From contig JAZKFH010000015.1 in assembly GCA_040386535.1 (NCBI GenBank), forward strand, positions 297,114 to 361,113: a DNA stretch of 64,000 nucleotides, in the 5' to 3' direction. This document shows, piece by piece, positions 19,635 through 30,269 of the stretch. Within the stretch, counting starts at the first letter, position 1. Each line of letters opens with the position of its first letter. Made by a program: the position numbers and the translations under genes. This stretch comes from Myxococcota bacterium. GTDB taxonomy: Bacteria; Myxococcota_A; UBA796; SXON01. The notes under the pieces were generated by a model that was not told the DNA's origin, did not search any database, and was given only the letters and a program-made list of their open reading frames with translations.

Positions 19635-20422
19635 TCCTCCTGTGTGCCGCCCTGTTCTCCTCCGTCCTGCCTGCGCAGGAGCTCGTCGACGAGTCGGCGC
19701 TCCCCACGTTGCGCACGCCCCGGGAGGCCATGCCCCGCCACGGCACGGCCGCCTTCCGGGTCTCCATCCCCGCGGGCCCCCCGAGCGTCTCGACCCGACT
19801 GGCGTTCGTCCAGGACTTCGACGGCGCGTCCATCGTAGAGCTGACGCTCCGCGGCGGCTATGCGTGGCGGTCCTTCGGGTTGGCGGTCGAGGTGGCCGGC
19901 ACCGCCGGCGTGAGCGACCAGTGGGCCGGAGCGGGGCTCGGCAACACCGTGATCGACGCCCGTGGCCTCTTCGGCGGCGCCGTGACGCACGCGATGGGCC
20001 TCCGAACCATCCTTCCCACGGGCGACCGCGGCGGCGGCCACGGCCCGGTCGGGTGGTGGGGCACCGTGCCGGACGCCACGGTCCCGATGACGAGCGTGTC
20101 GATGGTATACGAAGGTGCGTCCCCGCGGTTCGTCTGGCACGTCCGTATCGGGCTCCGCTGGTCCCCGTGGGGCTTCCAGTCCACGGATCAGCGCATCGAC
20201 GCGGGCGTAGGCCTCGGGATGCTCCAGCCGCTCACCGAGCGGTGGAAGCTGGTGCTGGAGGGAGAGGTGATGAACAGCGAGAGCCCGATCCACGTCCGCG
20301 GCCTCGGGCGCCTGGATTTGGGTCACGGCTGGGAGGCCGACCTGGGGCTCGCTGTGCCCGTCGTCGCGTTCGTGCGAGACCCAACGCTCCAGGTCGTCGG
20401 ACGGGTCGAGCGGAGCTGGTGA
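19631..20422 (+). CDS. Putative outer-membrane beta-barrel protein
   Basis: GTGA overlap with upstream gene; signal-like N-terminus; amphipathic strands; terminal Trp (RVERSW). Confidence 0.55.
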   Translation: MILLCAALFSSVLPAQELVDESALPTLRTPREAMPRHGTAAFRVSIPAGPPSVSTRLAFVQDFDGASIVELTLRGGYAWRSFGLAVEVAGTAGVSDQWAGAGLGNTVIDARGLFGGAVTHAMGLRTILPTGDRGGGHGPVGWWGTVPDATVPMTSVSMVYEGASPRFVWHVRIGLRWSPWGFQSTDQRIDAGVGLGMLQPLTERWKLVLEGEVMNSESPIHVRGLGRLDLGHGWEADLGLAVPVVAFVRDPTLQVVGRVERSW

Positions 20423-20556
20423 CCTTCCGGGATCGGGAGCCCTTCAGCTCCAGTTGGCTCCGGTGCCGTTGGCCGCTGGGGCGGGGGCGCCCCCTCTGCG
20501 GCGTGTGTTTGCGTGCCGACCAGGATGTGGCATCCTGTCCGCCTTTCGAGGCTCCC

Positions 20557-21189
20557 ATGACCCTGCTCGCCCTGCTTCTTGCCGCCTGCACCGCTGACGC
20601 GGACAAGGCCGACACCGCCGAGACCGACACGGATACCGACACCGACACGGACACCGACACGGACACCAACACCGACGGCCTCGCCCTCGAGGACATCGTC
20701 GGCGCCTGGACGACCGGGTGCTACAACTCGGGCGGCGGCTACTACTCGGTGAACCTGCTCGACATCTCCAGCGGCGAGGTGTCGTACCACTACACGCAGT
20801 ACCCGGGCGACGCGACGTGTACGGTCGCGTCCGTGACCTCCGCGGAGACCCTCGACCGCTCCTGGACCCTCGGGTCCGAGCTCGCCATCGGCTACGCCCT
20901 CGACGAGGTGCGCGAGTCGGCGATCTTCACGCTCCACACCCAGGACATCGTCGACGCCTGGAACGCCGGCTCGGGCTGCGGGCCGTTCGCCGTGGGGGTC
21001 CCGGTCGACGTGTCGGGCACGACGTGCTGGGGCTTCTGGCAGCCCGAGGCGGGCGGCACCATCTACAACGTCGCCTCGCTCTCCGCCGACGGCGTCACCC
21101 TCGCCCTCGGCGAACCGGCGAGCGGCGACATGCGCACGGAGGCCACGCGGCCCACCGCGCTACAGGCGGTGACGTACCAGCGCCGGTAG
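20557..21189 (+). CDS. Lipoprotein with Asp-Thr repeat linker
   Basis: MTLLALLLAAC lipobox followed by (DT)n and a beta-rich domain. Confidence 0.8.
   Translation: MTLLALLLAACTADADKADTAETDTDTDTDTDTDTDTNTDGLALEDIVGAWTTGCYNSGGGYYSVNLLDISSGEVSYHYTQYPGDATCTVASVTSAETLDRSWTLGSELAIGYALDEVRESAIFTLHTQDIVDAWNAGSGCGPFAVGVPVDVSGTTCWGFWQPEAGGTIYNVASLSADGVTLALGEPASGDMRTEATRPTALQAVTYQRR
20621..20676 (+). repeat. Coding hexamer repeat GACAC(C/G), encoding (DT)n
   Basis: accgacacggataccgacaccgacacggacaccgacacggacacc... Confidence 0.85.
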
Positions 21190-21244
21190 GGCGCGGGGGG
21201 GGCGCGACGCGTGCGCGGAAGCGTACGCGCGTCACGACCCTGAT

Positions 21245-22738
<1,494 letters not shown>

Positions 22739-22812
22739 TGGAAATACACCGGCGATTCGGCAGTATACATAGGCGGCTGCTTCAGGCGGCGGGCACGGCC
22801 GGGGTGCGCCCG

Positions 22813-23271
22813 TCAGCCGCAGTCGATGTCCTCGCCCCCGGCGCCACACGCCGCCTCGCAGCTCTCCGCCGCGGGCGCCTCGCACACCTCGGTCGACACG
22901 ACGGCGCCGGCGCAGGTCTGCTCCTCGACGTCGCTCTTGTAGAGGTTCGGGTAGGTGGCGAACCGCTGCACGGCGCACTCGTCCGCGCCGTCGGTGTGGA
23001 TCACGAGCACCTCGTGGGTCTCGCCGCCGTCGCCGTTCGCGGAGACGATCTCGAGGACGGCGGGGGAACATGCGACGAGCGCGTCGGCGAAACACTGGTT
23101 CGCGGCGGCGGAGGCTTCATCGTCGGCGTCGCACTCACGCAGATCCATGACGCCGCAATCCTCGGCGTCGACGATGTCGTGGGCGGTCTGGAAATCGAGG
23201 ACGACCTCGTCGAGGGTGGGGGCGGTGACACAAGCGGCCAGGAGGATGAACGCGAGGGGAAACAGACGCAC
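22813..23271 (-). CDS. Cys-rich acidic lipoprotein
   Basis: VRLFPLAFILLAAC lipobox; multiple Cys; alternative start at 23292. Confidence 0.7.
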   Translation of the reverse strand: MRLFPLAFILLAACVTAPTLDEVVLDFQTAHDIVDAEDCGVMDLRECDADDEASAAANQCFADALVACSPAVLEIVSANGDGGETHEVLVIHTDGADECAVQRFATYPNLYKSDVEEQTCAGAVVSTEVCEAPAAESCEAACGAGGEDIDCG

Positions 23272-23340
23272 GGGGCGCTCCAGGTGTGCCATGGAGCAAT
23301 GCAGGATGTGTGCCAGGGCTCGGGATGAACCCCCACGCCG

Positions 23341-23903
23341 CTACGGCGCATGCCCACGGAGCAGGCGCTCGACGAGGCGGTCGCGTACCTCTACGAGCGG
23401 CCCGGGATCGAGCCCGTAGGAGCGCGCGAGGGCCTCGACCGGGAGCTCGCCGAGCAGCCACGCGAGGGAAGGCGGGCTGAAGCCACCGTCCTTCTCGCCG
23501 GCCTGGGTGATGGCGAGATCCAGGTCGCCCCCGTCGTCGAGCAGGGCGCCCACGTCGACCAGATCGCGGATCGCGGACCGGCCGACGAGCGCGGTCAGCT
23601 TGTTGACGAGGATCTCGTGCTTCGAATCGACCAGGATGCCCGGCGCCACCTCCACGGCGGGAGCCCCAGGTAGCGCTCCACCCGGGGCCAGAGGGCCCGC
23701 ATCCGCTCGGGGGAGGCGAGCGTGAGCGCATCGTCGGGCTTCGCCTACCGCATCGTGGTGCCGAGCCAGTAGGCGGCCACGTCGAGGTCGTCGCTCTCCA
23801 GGCGCTCGCGCAGCTCGGCCAGCGTCAGGTCGTTGTCCCAGAGGAAGGACGGGCGCCCCTGTGCGTCGCAGAGCTTCTCGACGGGGGTGGGGTTCAGGCG
23901 CAT
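23341..23903 (-). pseudogene. Decayed toxin-antitoxin pair: small partner gene with premature stop, joined to a C-terminal fragment of an AbiEii-like nucleotidyltransferase
   Basis: ATG 23903 MRLNPTPVEKLCDAQGRPSFLWDNDLT...WLGTTMR*AKPDD...WPRVERYLG (TAG 23745-23747); a different frame then gives ILVDSKHEILVNKLTALVGRSAIRDLVD, with no N-terminal GGTAL/S.DLD motifs. Confidence 0.65.
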
Positions 23904-24026
23904 GGGCGTGGAAGATATCCGGCCCCGACCGCCGCACGGTCGCCGCCGCGCGGTGCCGACCGGATTTGATCGGGGACGGCGCTGCCCGCACGCTGTACGC
24001 TACGGCCCCGCTTTCCCCGCGAGACC

Positions 24027-24539
24027 ATGAACGCGCCCAAGATCCCCGACGCGCCACCCTCCGCTCCGCACGCCAGCGCCGCGCCGCACGCCGGGCAGCA
24101 CGCGCCGAACCCCGAGCTGCGCGACACGCGAACCCACGAGAACCTGCGCGCTGCCTTCGCCGTCGACGCGCAGGCCGTCCGCATGTGGGAGTACTTCGGC
24201 CGCATCGCCGAGATCGAGGGCTACCCCGACGTGGCGCGCACCTTCCGCGAGCTGGCGGAGTCGCAGGCGGTCAACGCGCACGGCCACCTCGACTTCCTCA
24301 TGCGCGCCGGCGAGCCCCTCGTGGGCCTCCCGCTCGGTGAGACCGCGCAGAACGTGCGCGCCGCCGTGGCGGTGCAGCAGCACGACGCCGCCGACGTGCT
24401 CCCGGACATGGCCCGCACCGCGCGCGCCGAGGGCTTCATGGACATCGCGAGCTGGTTCGACACGATGGTGCGCTCGCGCAAGCACCACGAGGGCCGGCTC
24501 ACCGCGGCGCTCGCGGGCCTCAAGGGGAGCGCCTCGTGA
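24027..24539 (+). CDS. Rubrerythrin-family (ferritin-like) protein with degenerate di-iron ligands
   Basis: THENLRAAFA, EGYPDVARTFR, AHGHL, MARTARAEGF.DIA.WF; canonical Glu ligands substituted. Confidence 0.8.
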   Translation: MNAPKIPDAPPSAPHASAAPHAGQHAPNPELRDTRTHENLRAAFAVDAQAVRMWEYFGRIAEIEGYPDVARTFRELAESQAVNAHGHLDFLMRAGEPLVGLPLGETAQNVRAAVAVQQHDAADVLPDMARTARAEGFMDIASWFDTMVRSRKHHEGRLTAALAGLKGSAS

Positions 24540-26479
24540 CCCAACGATATGACGCCTCCTCCATCACCGTGCTCGAAGGCCTGGAGCCCGTCCGGCGCCG
24601 CCCCGCGATGTACATCGGCTCCACCGGCCCCGGCGGCGTGTTCAACCTCGTGGTCGAGGTGGTCCAGAACGCGGTCGACGAGGCGCTCGCGGGCCACTGC
24701 ACCGCCATCGATGTGACCGTGCATGACGACGGATCGGTAGAGGTCGAGGACAACGGCCGCGGCATCCCCGTCGACGATCTTCCCAGCGGGCGCTCCGCCG
24801 CCGAGGTGGTGCTCACGACGCTGCACGCGGGCGGCAAGTTCGGCACCGGCGCCTACCACGCGGCCGGCGGCCTGCACGGCGTGGGCGTGTCCTGCGTCAA
24901 CGCGCTCTCCGCATGGCTGGTCCTCTCGGTCGAGCGGGACGGCGGCGCCTGGCGGGCCCGCTTCGAGCGGGGCGAGGTCGTGGAGCCGCTCGTGCGCCTC
25001 GCGGCCCACTCCGAGGGCCACGGAACGCGCATCCACTTCGCGCCGGATCCCGTCATCTTCCCCGACTCCATCGTGCCCCACGAGCGGCTCTGCGCCTGGC
25101 TGCACGCACAGGCGTTCCTCAACGAGGGGCTCTCCATCCGCTACGAGAACCGGCTGGCCGGGGTCACCGAGTCGTGGGCCTACGCCTCGGGCGTGGCGGG
25201 CTTCGTCACCTGGCTCAACCGCGCGCGCGAGGCCGTGCACGCCGAGCCCGCGCACCTGCGTGGCGAAGGGAAGGGGATCCAGGTCGACGTCGCGTTGCAA
25301 TGGACGCACGCCTACGCGGAGGACGTGCAGGCCTACGTGAACGGCGTGCACACGCCCCAGGGCGGCACCCACGTGGAGGGCCTGCGCGCCGCGCTCACCC
25401 AGTCCATCAACGCCCACGCCGCCAGCGCGCACCTGCTCGACGGCGCCGAGTCCATCGCCGGCTACGACCTGCGCGAGGGCCTCACCGCCGTGCTCTCCGT
25501 GCGCATGGCCGAGCCCGAGTTCGAGGGGCAGACCAAGGCCGTCCTGACCACGCCGGCGGCGACCGCGGTGGTGGAGCACGTGGTCGCGCAGGCGCTCTCG
25601 GCCTGGCTCTCCAGCCACCCCGCCGAGGCCGCCGCCATCGTCGGCCGCGCGGTCGAGGCCTCCCGTGCCCGCGCCGCCGCCCGTCGCGCCAGCGAGCGCG
25701 CTCGCTACCAGCGCGTCGATCTCGACTTCTCCCGCGACGTGTACCGCGAGCAGTTCGGCATCCGCTCGTCCAACTGGCACGCCTCGGCGCGCTGGATCAC
25801 GGACGACGCGATCCTGTCGGAGCACGCCGCCCACTGCAAGGTCGCGCCCGACGCCAAGGTGCTCGACGTGTGCTGCGGCAGCGGGGTTGTCGGCAACGCG
25901 TTCCGCGGGAAGGTCGGCCACATCACGGGCCTCGACCTGACCCCGGAGATGGTGAAGCTCTCCCGCACGCGCCTGGACGAGGTCGTACAGGGAGACGTGT
26001 ACAACATCCCGTTCCCCGAGGCCTCCTTCGATCTGGTGTGCAACCGCGAGGTGCTCCACCTGTTGCCGAACCCCGAGCGCCCGGTGTCCGAGGTGTTCCG
26101 GGTGCTCAAGCCGGGCGGCCAGTTCATCGTCGGCCAGTGGGTGCCCTTCTCCGAGGTCGACGCCGCCTGGATGTTCCGCATCGTGAAGAAGAAGCAGCCG
26201 CTCTTCTTCAACAACCTGATGGAGGCCGACCTGACCGCCCTCCTGACGAACGCGGGCTTCCAGGATCTGCAGGTGACCGAGGTGCTCCAGTGGGAGGACA
26301 TCGACACCTGGATCGACACGTGGGAGACCTCGGTCATCCACCGCCACCAGATCCGCGACCTGTACCACCACGCGCCCGCCGAGGTCCGCGCCGTCCACCC
26401 CTTCGAGATCGCGCCCGACGGGCGGATCACCGATTGTTGGCGGTGGGTCGTGGTGTCGGGGTTCAAGCCGGCGGGGTAG
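24536..26479 (+). CDS. GyrB/ParE N-terminal ATPase-transducer fused to class I SAM-dependent methyltransferase (no TOPRIM domain)
   Basis: YDASSITVLEGLEPVRRRPAMYIG, EVVQNAVDE, DNGRGIP, LHAGGKF, GGLHGVGVSCVNALS, GGTH, EGLTAV, FEGQTK, RARAAARRA; then VLDVCCGSG, GLDLTPEM, PFPEASFDLV, RVLKPGG. Confidence 0.9.
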   Translation: MTQRYDASSITVLEGLEPVRRRPAMYIGSTGPGGVFNLVVEVVQNAVDEALAGHCTAIDVTVHDDGSVEVEDNGRGIPVDDLPSGRSAAEVVLTTLHAGGKFGTGAYHAAGGLHGVGVSCVNALSAWLVLSVERDGGAWRARFERGEVVEPLVRLAAHSEGHGTRIHFAPDPVIFPDSIVPHERLCAWLHAQAFLNEGLSIRYENRLAGVTESWAYASGVAGFVTWLNRAREAVHAEPAHLRGEGKGIQVDVALQWTHAYAEDVQAYVNGVHTPQGGTHVEGLRAALTQSINAHAASAHLLDGAESIAGYDLREGLTAVLSVRMAEPEFEGQTKAVLTTPAATAVVEHVVAQALSAWLSSHPAEAAAIVGRAVEASRARAAARRASERARYQRVDLDFSRDVYREQFGIRSSNWHASARWITDDAILSEHAAHCKVAPDAKVLDVCCGSGVVGNAFRGKVGHITGLDLTPEMVKLSRTRLDEVVQGDVYNIPFPEASFDLVCNREVLHLLPNPERPVSEVFRVLKPGGQFIVGQWVPFSEVDAAWMFRIVKKKQPLFFNNLMEADLTALLTNAGFQDLQVTEVLQWEDIDTWIDTWETSVIHRHQIRDLYHHAPAEVRAVHPFEIAPDGRITDCWRWVVVSGFKPAG

Positions 26480-26481
26480 CC

Positions 26482-27864
26482 ATGGTCCTCGCGTTGTTGG
26501 CCGGCTGCGCCCTCCTCGAGACGGCGGTCGACGTCCCGCCGGTCGCCCGGCGCGACGAGGGGCCGGACGTCGTGTTCGTCGTGCTCGACACCCTGCGCGC
26601 CGACGCGCTGATGCAGTACGGCTACGGCGAGCTGACCAGCCCCAACCTGGGCGCGTTCGTCCGCCACGCCACCCGGTTCGAGGCCGCCTACGCGCCCGCC
26701 CCGTGGACCGTCCCGAGCACCACCACGATCCTGACGGGGGTGCACCCGCTCCGCCACGGCATGCGCCACCCCGGAGATGTCGTGCCGGCCGCGCTCGACA
26801 CGCTCGCGGAGCGGCTGCGGGGCGCGGGATGGCGCACCGCCGCGTTCTCCCACAACATCAGCGTCGCGCCCAAGAACGGGTTCGACCAGGGCTTCGACAG
26901 CTTCACGACCTTCAGCGGCGACATCCTCGACTACCCCCACGCGGGCGAGATGACGGCCGGGGTGCGCGGTTGGCTGGACGCGAACCCGACGGGGCCCGCG
27001 TTCTTGTACCTCCAGCCGATGAACTGCCACGGCCCCTACAAGGTGCCGAAGGCGTCGAGGGAAACGCTGCTCGGGCGCGCGCCGCTCGGCGGCTTCCGGT
27101 ACTACCAGGGCCCGATGCGGGACATCCTCAAGCGCGGCGATCTCGCGGCGCGCGCGCGGGTGGCCCCCATCGTCAAGCGGAGCTTGCGGGAGCAGTACGA
27201 CACGTCGGTGCGGTACGCGACCGACGAGGTGGGCCGGCTGTTCGCCGAGCTCGAGGCGAAGGGGCGCTACGACAACGCGCTCATCGTGCTCACCGCGGAC
27301 CACGGCGAGGAGTTGTTCGACCACGGCGGCTTCTCCCACGGCTACTCGCTGCACCGCGAGGTCCTGCACGTGCCGCTCTGGGTGAAGCTGCCCGGGCAGA
27401 AGCGGGCGACCGTCGTGTCGGAGCCGGTGAGCCTCGCGGACCTCGTCCCCACCGTACTCGACAGCCTCGCGCTCTCCCCGTCCGCAGACGGGCCGGCCGC
27501 CCCCCCGATGGACGGCCGCTCGCTCACGCCGCTCCTCCGCGGCGAGTCCCTCCCGGCCCGGCCGCTGCTGTTCGACATCGACTGGGGCCGCCGCGCCGTG
27601 GCCCAGGCGGTGCTGGACGGGAGCTGGAAGCTCATCCGCATCCAGACCAACTACGAGGGGCTGCGCGACGTGACGCGCCTCTACGACGTCGCCGCCGACC
27701 CGCTCGAGTCGACCGACCTCTCGGCCACCGAGCCCGCGCGGGTCACGACGCTGGGCGCCACGCTCGACCGCCTCGCCGCGTCCTACGCTGGCGGCGCCAC
27801 CCCCGAGAACGTCCTCTCCGAGATGGACGCCGCGCAGCTCGAGGCGCTCGGGTACCTCGAGTAG
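26482..27864 (+). CDS. Sulfatase-like lipoprotein (alkaline phosphatase superfamily)
   Basis: LLAGC lipobox; VVLDTLRAD, APWTVPS..TILTG, ADHGEE, HVPL, C-terminal QLEALGYLE. Confidence 0.88.
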   Translation: MVLALLAGCALLETAVDVPPVARRDEGPDVVFVVLDTLRADALMQYGYGELTSPNLGAFVRHATRFEAAYAPAPWTVPSTTTILTGVHPLRHGMRHPGDVVPAALDTLAERLRGAGWRTAAFSHNISVAPKNGFDQGFDSFTTFSGDILDYPHAGEMTAGVRGWLDANPTGPAFLYLQPMNCHGPYKVPKASRETLLGRAPLGGFRYYQGPMRDILKRGDLAARARVAPIVKRSLREQYDTSVRYATDEVGRLFAELEAKGRYDNALIVLTADHGEELFDHGGFSHGYSLHREVLHVPLWVKLPGQKRATVVSEPVSLADLVPTVLDSLALSPSADGPAAPPMDGRSLTPLLRGESLPARPLLFDIDWGRRAVAQAVLDGSWKLIRIQTNYEGLRDVTRLYDVAADPLESTDLSATEPARVTTLGATLDRLAASYAGGATPENVLSEMDAAQLEALGYLE

Positions 27865-27874
27865 CGCGCGTCCT

Positions 27875-28582
27875 CTACGGGTCGAGGCGGATGCCGACCT
27901 CGCGCGACTGGGCGCCGTAGATCGCGCCGCCCTCGCCGAAGCCCGCGTCGAGCGTGCCGGTACGCCGACGGTCCACCACCACCTTGGCGGCGCAGGACTG
28001 CGGGGTCTCCTCGTCGATCGGGCGCAGCGTGCCGGGCTCGATGGTCACCGTGCCGGGATCCCCCTCGACGGCCACGTAGTGATCGAAGATGCAGTCTCCG
28101 CTCACCGTGACCTGCATCGCGTCGTCCGTGCCGGCGTCTCCCCAGGTGACGACGAGCGGATCGGTGGCGCGCGCGAACACCGCGTTGGCGGTGGGGCCGG
28201 TGAGGGCGAAGGGGGCGGGGAGCGAGGTGGTGCTCTCGGGCGCTCCCGCGTCGACCGAGCGCGTGAAGGCGAACGAGAACGGCGTGTCCGCGGCGTCCCC
28301 GTCGAAGTCCGCGCCGTAGGTGTAGTAGTCGCCGAGGCTCATCACGAGCAGCGTCTCCGTGACGTCGCCGGAGGTGACGGTGAGCGCGTCGTCCCCCACG
28401 AGCTCGACGTACGTGGTCGACATTCCACCGCCGACCCGGAGCGTGGCCTGGGCCCGCGTCATGCCGGTGCCCCCGGCGGTCGCCGTGAGGTCGGCAAAGA
28501 GGCCGTCCGTCAGGGTGTTCTTCGACTCGACGGACGCGCAGGCGGCGAGGGGCAGCAGCAGGATGAGGGGGGTCAGGCGCAT
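27875..28582 (-). CDS. Hypothetical lipoprotein
   Basis: MRLTPLILLLPLAAC lipobox; GGAGG RBS upstream; beta-rich body. Confidence 0.75.
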   Translation of the reverse strand: MRLTPLILLLPLAACASVESKNTLTDGLFADLTATAGGTGMTRAQATLRVGGGMSTTYVELVGDDALTVTSGDVTETLLVMSLGDYYTYGADFDGDAADTPFSFAFTRSVDAGAPESTTSLPAPFALTGPTANAVFARATDPLVVTWGDAGTDDAMQVTVSGDCIFDHYVAVEGDPGTVTIEPGTLRPIDEETPQSCAAKVVVDRRRTGTLDAGFGEGGAIYGAQSREVGIRLDP

Positions 28583-28695
28583 GGGATTCCTCCGTGTCGA
28601 GCCTATCGACATTCGTGGGACACGCGAGCGCTACCGCCTCGCAGACGAATTTGTCGTCCTCGCGCCGATCCGCTCGCGCTACGTTCGCCCCGGAG

Positions 28696-29727
28696 GTGGC
28701 CATCCGTCCGCGCGTCCTGTTCCTCTACACCGGGGGCACCCTCGGCATGCTCAAGCGTACGGTCGGCCCCACCGACGCAGCGAGCCCGTTCGGCATCCCG
28801 TTGGCGCCCTCCCACGTCGCGGAGGACGTGCTGGCCTACGTGCGCGGCCTGGAGGAGGAGGTCGACGTCGAGGGCGAGCTCCTCTGCAACCTCGACTCCT
28901 CCGACATGGGGCCGCCCCACTGGGCGCGCATCGGCGGGGCCATCGCGGCCCGCATCCACCGGTACGACGGGTTCGTGGTGCTCCACGGCACCGACACGAT
29001 GGCGTGGACCGCCTGCGCGCTCTCCTACGCGCTACGCGGGCTGCCGAAGCCGGTGGTGCTCACGGGCTCCCAGCGCCCCATCGCGTTCGTCCGCACCGAC
29101 GCCCGCGTGAACCTCGTCCACTCCGCGCTCTGCGCCACGATGGACGTGCCCGAGGTCGGCATCTACTTCGGCCGGTGGCTCTTCCGCGGCAACCGCGCCA
29201 CCAAGACCAGCATCCAGGCCTACGACGCGTTCGAGAGCCCCGATCTGCCGCCGCTCGTGGAGATGGGCGTCGAGGTGCTCCACCGCACGCCGCCGCGCCG
29301 CCCCACCGGCCCCTTCGAGCCCCGCTTCGGGTTCGACGAGGAGGTCGTGGTGCTCGACATCGTCCCGGGCAGCGCGCCGCGTGCGCTCCAGGCCGCCGTC
29401 GCCGCGGGCGCCCGCGGGGTCGTGCTCCGGGGCTTCGGCGCCGGGAACGTGCCCCAGCGCGGGTGGCCGGACACCATCCGGGCCGCGGTTGCCTCGGGGG
29501 TGGCGGTCGCGCTCCACAGCCAATGCCTGCGCGGGACGGTCGACCTGTCGGCCTACGAGGGCGGCCGCGCCGCGTTGGACGCGGGGGCGCTCCCCACCGG
29601 CTCGATGACGGTCGAGGCCGCGACGGTCAAGCTGATGTTCCTCCTCGCGCAGGGCCTGGACGCCGCCGGCCTCCGCGCCGCCTACACGTCCGACCTCGCG
29701 GGCGAGGGCGCCGCCACCGGATCGTAG
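28696..29727 (+). CDS. ansA: Type I L-asparaginase
   Basis: LYTGGTLGM, LDSSDM, HGTDTM, LTGSQRP, RGNRATK, GAGNVP, SQC; start approximate. Confidence 0.9.
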   Translation: MAIRPRVLFLYTGGTLGMLKRTVGPTDAASPFGIPLAPSHVAEDVLAYVRGLEEEVDVEGELLCNLDSSDMGPPHWARIGGAIAARIHRYDGFVVLHGTDTMAWTACALSYALRGLPKPVVLTGSQRPIAFVRTDARVNLVHSALCATMDVPEVGIYFGRWLFRGNRATKTSIQAYDAFESPDLPPLVEMGVEVLHRTPPRRPTGPFEPRFGFDEEVVVLDIVPGSAPRALQAAVAAGARGVVLRGFGAGNVPQRGWPDTIRAAVASGVAVALHSQCLRGTVDLSAYEGGRAALDAGALPTGSMTVEAATVKLMFLLAQGLDAAGLRAAYTSDLAGEGAATGS

Positions 29728-29790
29728 GGAGTGCGGTAGCGCTCGAGGCCGCCGACGATCGGCGCGCCTACGCTCTCCACGGAGGGGAAC

Positions 29791-30192
29791 ATGCGCATCG
29801 CCATCCTGCTCGTCCTGGGGGGCGCGGCCTTCGCGTCCGCGCTCGCGCTCGCCGAGCCCGCCGACACCGAGGCCGAGGCGCGCGCCCTCGTGGAGGAGCA
29901 CCAGGTCTGCACCGAGGACGTCGGCTGCGAGCTGCAGAGCTTCGAGGCGCTGCTCGGCCCCGACACCTGCCTCGCGGCGTTCCAGTGCTCCGTCGCCTTG
30001 TCCGCGGACGCCGATCTGACCGCGTTCCAGCGCGCGGCGGAGCCGCTCATCGCGGAGCAGCGCGCGTCGGGGGCGTGCGCGATGGCGGCGTGTTCTCCGC
30101 CGTCGGAGCTGCGTGCGGCGTGTGTGTCCGGACGTTGCGAGCTCCTGCCGGCGCGGGCGAATCCCCAGGGGGCACCTCTCCCGATCCGGTGA
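29791..30192 (+). CDS. Secreted Cys-rich hypothetical protein
   Basis: Signal peptide; eight Cys including C-terminal CVSGRC; GGAGG RBS. Confidence 0.65.
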   Translation: MRIAILLVLGGAAFASALALAEPADTEAEARALVEEHQVCTEDVGCELQSFEALLGPDTCLAAFQCSVALSADADLTAFQRAAEPLIAEQRASGACAMAACSPPSELRAACVSGRCELLPARANPQGAPLPIR

Positions 30193-30269
30193 CGACGCGA
30201 GCACGACATTGACGTCGCTGTCGCGGGTGCCGGAGGCTGGGGCTACCGTGCGCCGCAAGAGGACCCCTC

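Noticed and set aside
24536..26479. Housekeeping gyrB or parE
   Set aside because: No TOPRIM (EGDSA, DADxDG) or C-terminal domain, and no gyrA/parC or dnaA-dnaN-recF context.
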